NCBI GenBank assembly: GCA_963712275.1
Contig: CAVQHD010000001.1
Span: 608,001-672,000 of the forward strand
From: an uncultured Rhabdochlamydiaceae bacterium
Lineage (GTDB): Bacteria; Chlamydiota; Chlamydiia; Chlamydiales; Rhabdochlamydiaceae
Reading direction: 5' to 3'
Length of the DNA stretch: 64,000 nucleotides
Below the pieces are notes generated by a model that worked only from the letters and a program-made list of their open reading frames with translations, was not told the DNA's origin and ran no database searches. The translations under genes were made by a program, and so were the position numbers. Of the stretch, positions 50,362 to 58,001 are shown one piece after another. The number at the start of each line of letters is the position of its first letter. The first letter of the stretch is position 1.

Positions 50362-51388
50362 GTTTTTTTCTCATATTACAACTTTTACAAACAGAGTGCT
50401 TAAGGTAGTTTTTTCGGAGGTTTTGATAAGATTCGCCGGTCCAAATTTCTTCTAAGGAGGAGTCATAAAGATTGCCGAAATCGCCTAGTTTGAGACGTTC
50501 TTCATTGGGAGCGCAACAGGGATTGAATCGACCCTCTGAGGAAACCCACGCCTCTTCCCCAAGGAAAGGACAGACCCCTTCAGGAACGAGTTCTTCTATT
50601 GCCGATTCATCGAGTGTGTAGATATTTTCTAAAAGCACTTTAGCTCCATTTGGAAGGCGCTCTTTTTCAGCGACTTCTAAAGCTTTTATAACAATCTCAT
50701 TCCATCGACGAATAGACTCTTGAGTTCTTCTTAAATTTTGTTTTTGCATTTCTTGAGTAAACACCCAAAGATGATGCCCCTTCACGCGGTTGACTCCTAA
50801 GGATGCAGCAAGGTGTATCACATCAGGGAGCTCCTCGAGCCCTATTTCCATAAATGTTAACTGAAAAGTAAGACGGCAGAAATTGCCTCCTTCAGCAGCG
50901 ACTGCGTCACGAACCTGAATAAAATCTTTTACATTTTGAAGTCGTTGTTCGAAGTTTGATCCAATCATGATCAATTCTGAAGTTTTTTTGGTGGCGCCAT
51001 TCCATGAAATTTTGACATCAGATCCAATGGGTACAATTTTTTGAGCCCATTTTGTTGCACCATGCCTCGGAAATGTTCCATTTGTCGTCAGATTGAGCTT
51101 AACTCCGTATTCATGACACAGTTGAATGATCTCATCAAACTGACGAAACAAAAGCGGCTCTCCCATTGTTGAAGGGATGATTTCTTTCAAAGGCGACCCT
51201 TTGGATTCTTCTAGAACCTTACGTATCAGATTGATATCCATCCTTCTTCGAGGAAGCCCAGCTTCTTTTCTCTTTGTTTGGCAGCAGCTGTAAATAGAAT
51301 GCTCTTCACACATGATGCATCGAAGATTGCAATCATCAGGATTCGTATCAAATGTGATACGCCAAGGGCCTTGTTTCTTCTGGGTCAT
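50339..51388 (-). CDS. Radical SAM protein with SPASM/twitch domain
   Basis: CNLRCIMC, GEPL, TTNG, CPFL...G..NPCC...GN...C..C. Confidence 0.9.
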   Translation of the reverse strand: MTQKKQGPWRITFDTNPDDCNLRCIMCEEHSIYSCCQTKRKEAGLPRRRMDINLIRKVLEESKGSPLKEIIPSTMGEPLLFRQFDEIIQLCHEYGVKLNLTTNGTFPRHGATKWAQKIVPIGSDVKISWNGATKKTSELIMIGSNFEQRLQNVKDFIQVRDAVAAEGGNFCRLTFQLTFMEIGLEELPDVIHLAASLGVNRVKGHHLWVFTQEMQKQNLRRTQESIRRWNEIVIKALEVAEKERLPNGAKVLLENIYTLDESAIEELVPEGVCPFLGEEAWVSSEGRFNPCCAPNEERLKLGDFGNLYDSSLEEIWTGESYQNLRKNYLKHSVCKSCNMRKKHVELASL

Positions 51389-52694
51389 GAGATTTTCTCC
51401 TTTTCTCAATGGCTAAGCCGTATAATGAGACAATTTGTTCAACATGTTCTTGAATGCTGGGAATGTGATGGTCAGAAGATTGAAGATAGCCTCTTTGACC
51501 GATTTTAGAAGCAAGTAACGGGTCGTGCATGAGTCTGGTCATCTGCTCTGCAAGGCTTACTGAATCTCGATGTCTAAAAAGAAGTCCATTGATTTCATGA
51601 TGTACATACTCCTTCATTCCACCATAATCTGCTGTAATAATCGGCACCCTTGCTTCCAAGGCTTCATGAATCACGAGCGGAGAGTTCTCTCCCCAGATAG
51701 AAGGAACGACAATTGCATCGACATGGTTAAAGACGTCGCTCACAATTTGATCGTTGCGATAACCTCCCATCCAATGGATCCGCTGCTCCACTTCAAGCCC
51801 TAGAGTCTTCGCATACGATTGCAGGGAGTGTGTGAAGGGAGGTAAAGGGGAGCCCCAAATTTTAAGTTGAGCGTTTTGATGAGTTTGACTAAAGGCTTGT
51901 AAAAGATGAAAGAGTCCCTTTGCCTGTTTATGTGTGCCGATATACCCAAAGACAAAATCATTTTCTTTGCTCCGAGCCCTTCCTTGGAGGCGCTCTCGAT
52001 GAAATCCATAATCTAAATAGACAATTTTTGATAGATCGATGGAAAAATTGTTAACAAAGCGGTCCATCAAATAACGGGAAGGAGCGATGAAAACATCAAT
52101 ATAGGAAGCGATTTCTCGAATATGATCCATCCGTTTGCCAACCCATTGCGTCCAGTATTGAATGTCTTCAGCATCCTCTGGATGGCTTAAGTACCGCCAA
52201 TAACATTGTCTTGCGCATTTTTCGTTTTCTTGAGAATCGCAAGCAGGATAGAGATCTTCTGTTTTAGAGTTAATTCCTTGGAGAAATTGACCTCTCGGGC
52301 ACATCAGCCAAAAATCGTGTAGAGTAAAAATGAGAGGAATACCTCTTTTATGTGCTTCTAAAACCAGTGAAGTTGAAAGATGGTTTAAATGACCAATATG
52401 AACGACATCGGGCTTATAATCGTTTAAAAGATGAGAAAACGCCTGATCTACCGCAGGATGCCTATAACCATCTTTGCTATGAGCCATGTTCACCAAGCAA
52501 AGCTTAACCTCCCTGCATAGGGGGTCTGAGTCCCATTCTATAGAATACTCTTGCTTATAACCATTTTCCTGACGTGTAAACACAATCACTTCATGTCCTT
52601 GCCGAGCGAGTTCATGGCATAATGTTTGTGAATAGACTTCGGAACCGGCGTTATATCGATAAGGATATCCATGGATCACTTTTAGAATTTTCAT
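51348..52694 (-). CDS. GT4 glycosyltransferase with Cys-rich insert
   Basis: HGYP...AGSEVY, TLHDFWLMCPRG, PSIWGENSPLVIHEA. Confidence 0.9.
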   Translation of the reverse strand: MKILKVIHGYPYRYNAGSEVYSQTLCHELARQGHEVIVFTRQENGYKQEYSIEWDSDPLCREVKLCLVNMAHSKDGYRHPAVDQAFSHLLNDYKPDVVHIGHLNHLSTSLVLEAHKRGIPLIFTLHDFWLMCPRGQFLQGINSKTEDLYPACDSQENEKCARQCYWRYLSHPEDAEDIQYWTQWVGKRMDHIREIASYIDVFIAPSRYLMDRFVNNFSIDLSKIVYLDYGFHRERLQGRARSKENDFVFGYIGTHKQAKGLFHLLQAFSQTHQNAQLKIWGSPLPPFTHSLQSYAKTLGLEVEQRIHWMGGYRNDQIVSDVFNHVDAIVVPSIWGENSPLVIHEALEARVPIITADYGGMKEYVHHEINGLLFRHRDSVSLAEQMTRLMHDPLLASKIGQRGYLQSSDHHIPSIQEHVEQIVSLYGLAIEKRRKSHDPEETRPLAYHI

Positions 52695-52788
52695 CTGACC
52701 TTTGCTCCAACGAAAATAAATAATACTTTTTAAGAAATTTTTTTCAAAACTATACTCTTGCTAATGTCGATTGCTGTTACTTCACCCA

Positions 52789-52964
52789 TTAGAAGCTGTC
52801 TTAAAACTCAGTTTCTGTCGATTTTTGGGGCTTTTTGAGCCAATTTTCGCTTTATTTGGTGGGGGTTATATCAACTTTCGTATATTACCCCCACCAAATA
52901 AAGCGAAAATTGGCCAAAAATCCTCCAAAAAGCGACGAAACCTGAGTTTTAAGACAGCTTCTTA
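52789..52964. repeat. Palindromic MITE-like element (core family A, reverse orientation)
   Basis: GAAGCTGTCTTAAAACTCAG terminal IR, TTA duplication, core nearly identical to the 11100 copy. Confidence 0.9.
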
Positions 52965-52969
52965 GGGCT

Positions 52970-53623
52970 ATGGTTGCGGGGCTTTTTGCTGTCCACAAGA
53001 AGGGCCACCTTTATGTAGCGCCTAAAATCATTCGTGAAATCAAGCAATCTCTCCAGATCAACCGCTGGTATAAAAACAAGTTAATTTTCTTAGCTGGAGA
53101 CGTAGCAGCTGCGAGGGTACTCGAATCTTTTGACCTTCCTGTTTTTCGAGTTTTCGATGATGCTCCAGCTCATGTTTGCCAAGAACCTGCGTTTCGGATG
53201 AAACATTGGATGATTTTTTGGATGCTTCAAAAATTTGGAGAAGTACTCTGGATTGACTGGGATACGATTAACCTGATCCCTCTTGACGACGCCTTTTTTT
53301 CCTTTTGCCGAGCGCATCAGACTCCGAAATTTGTTTACATTCCTGGCTACCACGCTACGGTTAATTGTAGTGTCTATTATGTCTCGCATCATTGGATAAA
53401 AGAGATGGAAAGAAGCTTTAGTTCCCAGGTTTCTAATCCTAATGATGAGCTCCTTTGGACTTCTGTGCTTCCTAAAGACGTTGTTCACTTAAAGGAATTT
53501 TGGTGGGGGGATAAGGTTGTCAATGTCTGGCTCAAAAGTGAATGTTCTTGGATCAAAAAAGAGACTTATTTTGTCCATGTTAAGACATTTTCCTATCTTA
53601 AACAGCTGAACCTATCCCAATAA
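52970..53623 (+). CDS. DxD-containing GT-A-like protein; ancestral start likely 52764, before the MITE insertion
   Basis: MKHW...VLWIDWD, NCS, NDE motifs resembling nucleotide-diphospho-sugar transferases. Confidence 0.55.
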   Translation: MVAGLFAVHKKGHLYVAPKIIREIKQSLQINRWYKNKLIFLAGDVAAARVLESFDLPVFRVFDDAPAHVCQEPAFRMKHWMIFWMLQKFGEVLWIDWDTINLIPLDDAFFSFCRAHQTPKFVYIPGYHATVNCSVYYVSHHWIKEMERSFSSQVSNPNDELLWTSVLPKDVVHLKEFWWGDKVVNVWLKSECSWIKKETYFVHVKTFSYLKQLNLSQ

Positions 53624-54514
53624 AAAAAGAGTGAACTGATTGATCAACCAGTGCATTCCTGCTTCTACTGGAGTACAAGCTTCCCAGTTCAAGAGTTTTT
53701 TTGCCAGGCTTGTATCTCCCCAAAATCTCGATACATCAAAAGAACGGGGGATTCCTTCGATAATCTTGAGAGGATGAACGCTTGATTGTCGAGCGACCTG
53801 GGCAATCTGTCCTAAGCTGATAGGAATTCCTCTCGTCAAATGGATAGGAGGCAAGAGCTCTTTCTTTTGTGCCATGAGCCGAATGAGGGACAAGAGCCCT
53901 TGAATAACATCTTCAAGATAGGTGAAATCGAAAAGATGATCTCTCCCATCGACTCTAATTTCACTTCCTTGGGCTGCAGCAAGGCAAAAAGCAGGGACCA
54001 CACGGTCAGGGTGATCATGAACGCTTCCAAAGACGTTGGAAAAGCGAATGATAGCAGTGTGCAACCCTTTCTCTCTTGCTTGGAGGACAATTTTTTCTGC
54101 TTCAAATTTAGATTCTCCATAAATATTCACAGGTGAAAGCGGAGCTGACTCTTTAACTGGAAAATCATTCTGTTGTCCATAAACTTCTCGACTGCTTGCA
54201 TAGATGACCCAAGGGTTTTTTTCTGAAGCCAAGGCGGCTTCTAGGATATTTTTTGTCCCTTCTACATTAGTTTTTGAGCAGAGCTGAGGATTTTTTTCTC
54301 CATCGATCACCCTTGAAATCGCGGCTAGATGAACAATTCCATCCACCTGCTTGATAAGAGGAAATAATTGTTCAGGATTTAAAATATCGCCATACTCGGG
54401 GTCTTGCAAAGCGCATTTGATATCTATTCCTAGAACCTCCACGTAAAGTAGCTGGAGCGCTCGTTTTAAAGCAGAGCCTATCAGCCCTTTTGATCCCGTA
54501 ATTAAAATATGCAT
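53612..54514 (-). CDS. NAD-dependent epimerase/dehydratase
   Basis: ITGSKGLIG, VHLAA, SSREVYG, YGESK, RFSNVFG. Confidence 0.9.
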   Translation of the reverse strand: MHILITGSKGLIGSALKRALQLLYVEVLGIDIKCALQDPEYGDILNPEQLFPLIKQVDGIVHLAAISRVIDGEKNPQLCSKTNVEGTKNILEAALASEKNPWVIYASSREVYGQQNDFPVKESAPLSPVNIYGESKFEAEKIVLQAREKGLHTAIIRFSNVFGSVHDHPDRVVPAFCLAAAQGSEIRVDGRDHLFDFTYLEDVIQGLLSLIRLMAQKKELLPPIHLTRGIPISLGQIAQVARQSSVHPLKIIEGIPRSFDVSRFWGDTSLAKKLLNWEACTPVEAGMHWLINQFTLFLLG

Positions 54515-54532
54515 AAAACGATGCTCCTTATA

Positions 54533-54556
54533 GAGGGAGTTTTGCGAGCTCCCTCT
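54533..54556. repeat. Collapsed MITE/IS-end remnant
   Basis: AGAGGGAGTTTTGCGAGCTCCCTCT. The same GGAGTTTTGCGAGCTCCCTCT occurs near 57456-57476 and resembles the IS and 59241 termini. Confidence 0.55.
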
Positions 54557-56263
54557 TTAACGGTTATTTTTTAACCAAACATCCAACACAAGTAGATTAA
54601 AAATGGTTCTTGAATGGTTGTTTGGGCTTGAGATGAGCTTTGTAATCCCATCGCGTGAAAATAAGCAGGTTTTCAGCAGCTCTCCTTCTAACAGCCGAAG
54701 GGTCATCCATTCTTTCAATGAGGTGCGAAACCAATGGTTTAAAGGAACCCCAAAACCCATTTTTTTTCGCTCTAAGATGAGTTGTGGAAGATGGTCTTTC
54801 ATAGCTAGCCTTAAAATTTCTTTTCCTCGAGGACCGGGACCGATGAGCTGCTTTATCGAACAACTTAAGGCAAAATCTGTCATTTGAGGCATCAGAAAAG
54901 GAGCCCGAGCCTCAAGACCAACTCCCATGCAAGCTCTATCAACTTTCATCAAAATATCATCGGTCAGATAAGTATTTATATCGACCCAGGATTTCAAGCG
55001 ATCCTTATCAATATAAGGCTTTTCTTGAGAATAAGATGACAAAAATAATGAATCTTTGTCGTATTTCATCAAATCGGGATGACAAATGAGCTTTAATGTT
55101 TCGGTTGACGTGGCAGCAAAGACCTCTAAATATTTTTTAAACTCTCCCTTAAAAAAGTACCGTTCATATCCATGGAAAAACTCATCTGCGCCATCCCCTG
55201 TCAACACAACATCGACCTGTTCTTTAGCAAAACGGGCTAAACACGACATCGGCACCATCGATTCATCTGCAAAAGGCTCGTCGTATAAGCCTGCAATCAA
55301 ATCAAAATGGCTTAGAAAAAAAGAAGGATCGCATTTTACAGTGTTGTGTTGAACTCCAAGCGCTCGAGCAGCTTCTTTAAAATAGAGCTGCTCTGAATAT
55401 GTCTCGTCATCCCAGTGAAGGGAAAAGGCCGAGATATTTTCCAGATTTTTAGACAGAAGATAAGCAATCGTCGTAGAATCAATTCCACCGCTTAAAAAAA
55501 CGCCGACTGGCCTATCTGAAACTGAGCAATTTTTGACACTTAAGTCTAGAAGGTGGAACAACTGCTCAGGGCTTTTTAAGGTTTTTTCTTTTGGGACTGA
55601 AGGAGAAAAATACCGATTTTTCGCTAGCTGTCCTTCTTGCCAAATTAAAATAGAACCTGGTTCCAGTTTAAAGAGATTTTTCCATCCTGTTCTTGGGTGA
55701 GGCAGATAACTATTCTTTAAAAAGATAGGAATGTCTTCGAGGTTCATATCCCATTTAAGGTGGGGCCAACTCTTGAGCCCTTTGATTTCTGAGGCAAAGG
55801 CTAAAAAACCTTCTCCAGATGTATAATAAAGGGGTTTTTCTCCCCAGCGATCTCGTCCAAGATATAAGGTTTTACTCCCACGATCCCAAAGGGCAAAGGC
55901 AAACATTCCCACGAGCTCTGACACGACGGACGGCCCAAATTGCAGGAAAGCATTTAGGAAAATTTCTGTATCGCAGTCTGTTTCAAATGTAGATCCAGCT
56001 TGTAACAGTTTATCTTTGAGCGGTTTTATGTCGTAGAGTTCTCCATTAAACACAAGCGTCAAGCCTTGGCGCGTCATAGGCTGCGTCCCATGTTCTGGAT
56101 CTCTAATGGCTAAACGGGAGACTCCCAAAGCAACGCCTTTATCGACATAGAATCCCTGCTGATCGGGTCCCCGATGATGTAAGGCTCTGCAAGCAGATTC
56201 AATGTGCTTTTGCAACTCTTTCTCTGAAAAAACGAATCCTACAAGCCCCGCTATCCCGCACAT
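54557..56263 (-). CDS. asnB: Asparagine synthase (glutamine-hydrolysing) family amidotransferase
   Basis: MCGIAG, HRGPD, FNGELY, LSGGIDS, TGDGADE, KVDR..M..GLE.R.PF, RKKMGF. Confidence 0.92.
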   Translation of the reverse strand: MCGIAGLVGFVFSEKELQKHIESACRALHHRGPDQQGFYVDKGVALGVSRLAIRDPEHGTQPMTRQGLTLVFNGELYDIKPLKDKLLQAGSTFETDCDTEIFLNAFLQFGPSVVSELVGMFAFALWDRGSKTLYLGRDRWGEKPLYYTSGEGFLAFASEIKGLKSWPHLKWDMNLEDIPIFLKNSYLPHPRTGWKNLFKLEPGSILIWQEGQLAKNRYFSPSVPKEKTLKSPEQLFHLLDLSVKNCSVSDRPVGVFLSGGIDSTTIAYLLSKNLENISAFSLHWDDETYSEQLYFKEAARALGVQHNTVKCDPSFFLSHFDLIAGLYDEPFADESMVPMSCLARFAKEQVDVVLTGDGADEFFHGYERYFFKGEFKKYLEVFAATSTETLKLICHPDLMKYDKDSLFLSSYSQEKPYIDKDRLKSWVDINTYLTDDILMKVDRACMGVGLEARAPFLMPQMTDFALSCSIKQLIGPGPRGKEILRLAMKDHLPQLILERKKMGFGVPLNHWFRTSLKEWMTLRLLEGELLKTCLFSRDGITKLISSPNNHSRTIFNLLVLDVWLKNNR

Positions 56264-57237
56264 GCCGATTGCTCTAGATGTTGCTTTAAAAGACCTCGAT
56301 CTAATGGAGAGTATTTTTTCATTTTAAATCGGAGATATTCTAAGTCTTCGCTTTGGCTTTTTTTGTCGTAGTTGTGGACATTTCCTCCATGGAGACGATA
56401 AACATAGAGTGGGGTTTCAATGAACGCGATATGCTGCGGGTCTGCCAACAGTTCAAGCATAGGAAACATAAAAGCGCTATCTCCAGAAGCGTGAAAATAC
56501 TCTCCGGTAGGGCGTAAGAAATCCTTTGGATCGATATAATCCCAAAGCCAACGCCTGAAGGTTCGAAAGTGAAAGCATCGAAATCCGTCTTCACGAAAAG
56601 AGCCGTTTTTCCAGACAGAGGGTGGATATTCTGTGTTCACAAACCCTTTGTCAGAAAAATACTTCTGCTGCGTATCTTGATAAGGGCGAAAATCAATGAG
56701 CACATTTCCATACGTTAGAGCAATATTAGGATTAGCATAAGCCTCTGCAATTGTTTGAATGGCATGAGAGAGTAGATAGTCATCTCCATCCACTAGGCAG
56801 ACAATGGCATCAGGTGATTTAATCATCGGGACAGCTTGTGCAAGAGATCCGATTTGATAGTGCCGGGTTTGCAATAAAACAAGCTTTCCATTGATTGCTT
56901 TTAGCCATCGCTTGAGTTTTTCAACCTCTTCCTTCGAGTACTGAGAGGTATCGTCAACATAAAAAGCGGATATACCCAAACAACTTGAAAAATTGGTTTT
57001 TGACCGCGTCGGCTTTACCTCATAATTCTTGTCTTCACTCGTGCCTTGCCTACCGGCAATGGTCTCTCGTTCCAGACAAGAATTATGAGGAGCCTCCTTG
57101 TCAAATTCCCAATTTTTCAAGTTGTTTGGGTATAATGGAAAAGTTCCCAGCTGAGCTTGGATCGATTCAATACACATTTTTGCAAAAGAAAGGGTGCGAT
57201 GGCCTGTAATGACAAAGACAAAGTCTAAATTCTGCAA
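56251..57237 (-). CDS. GT2 glycosyltransferase carrying a 54-aa in-frame palindromic insert
   Basis: CIESIQAQ...YVDDTS, VDGDD, LYVYR. TTG start is uncertain. Confidence 0.8.
   Translation of the reverse strand: MQNLDFVFVITGHRTLSFAKMCIESIQAQLGTFPLYPNNLKNWEFDKEAPHNSCLERETIAGRQGTSEDKNYEVKPTRSKTNFSSCLGISAFYVDDTSQYSKEEVEKLKRWLKAINGKLVLLQTRHYQIGSLAQAVPMIKSPDAIVCLVDGDDYLLSHAIQTIAEAYANPNIALTYGNVLIDFRPYQDTQQKYFSDKGFVNTEYPPSVWKNGSFREDGFRCFHFRTFRRWLWDYIDPKDFLRPTGEYFHASGDSAFMFPMLELLADPQHIAFIETPLYVYRLHGGNVHNYDKKSQSEDLEYLRFKMKKYSPLDRGLLKQHLEQSACAG
56971..57134. repeat. Palindromic element with ERIC-like TATACCC...GGGTATA ends, in-frame in a CDS
   Basis: TATACCCAAACAACTTGAAAAATTGG terminal IR, inner stem CCTCATAATTCTTGTCT/AGACAAGAATTATGAGG; net 162 nt. 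Confidence 0.9.
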
Positions 57238-57310
57238 TTGTTTGATAGTAACCTGAGTTTCGGGTTCAGTTTATAGAGTCTTATAGCATCTTTCGGCCAA
57301 TTTTCAAAGC

Positions 57311-57476
57311 AGGGTAACACTTTTTTGTGATTTAATGATGAGAACGATAAAATTTTTGCAGGAACGCTCAAAGCAGCTCTTCCTCCATCATTCTTATCGT
57401 TATATCGTTCTCATCTTTAATCTTGTTGCTCGATAAAAAGAACTTACCCCAAATCGGAGTTTTGCGAGCTCCCTCT
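57311..57476. repeat. Degenerate palindromic element with IS-like right end
   Basis: GGGTAA...GATGAGAACGATA pairs with TATCGTTCTCATC...TTACCC, followed by CCAAATCGGAGTTTTGCGAGCTCCCTC. Confidence 0.55.
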
Positions 57477-57485
57477 GAATGTGAT

Positions 57486-58001
57486 TCAAAAAAGGAACAG
57501 GTTTTGGAGAGGGATATCATGCGGATCGTGAGGCAGGATTTCCGTCAGCTGTTCTTTAAATCCGATGCCAATGGATAAGATGGCGTTTTTAGCTAGATAC
57601 TGATCGTAATGTCCTTTCCCATAACCTAGACGGTAATGGTGTTTGTCGAAAGCAAGCCCTGGAACAAGGACGGCGCCTAGCTGCTTGATCTGCGGGCAAC
57701 GAGAAGGGAGCGGCTCTAAAAAACCTAGAGGAGAAGGAGTTAGCTGGGCGCTAAGATCTTCAACCTGGTAAAACATGAGATGGCCGTTTTCAAGGCGGGG
57801 GAGGGCAAGCGACTTTGTTTGCGCTAGGACAAGGTTGAGAAAGTGGGTGCTGAGCTCATCTCGAAATGATGCAAAAGATCCGATGACTCCTTCTGGCAGA
57901 GGCATTTTTGCCAGAGCGCGGGAGGCTGCAGTTCTTCTTTCGGGAGAGATAAGGCTTCGCTTTTTAAGCCAGATGAGGCGGAGCGCTGCCTTATGGGTCA
58001 T
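57486..58001 (-). CDS. ygfA: 5-formyltetrahydrofolate cyclo-ligase
   Basis: VLVPGLAFD...RLGYGKGHYD, PHDPHD. Confidence 0.92.
   Translation of the reverse strand: MTHKAALRLIWLKKRSLISPERRTAASRALAKMPLPEGVIGSFASFRDELSTHFLNLVLAQTKSLALPRLENGHLMFYQVEDLSAQLTPSPLGFLEPLPSRCPQIKQLGAVLVPGLAFDKHHYRLGYGKGHYDQYLAKNAILSIGIGFKEQLTEILPHDPHDIPLQNLFLF

Noticed and set aside
52771..52965. 64-aa ORF
   Set aside because: It coincides with the palindromic repeat and is a by-product of the element.
57300..57480. Possible 6S RNA next to ygfA
   Set aside because: It lies downstream rather than upstream of ygfA and carries MITE/IS-type ends; a covariance search would be needed to revive the idea.
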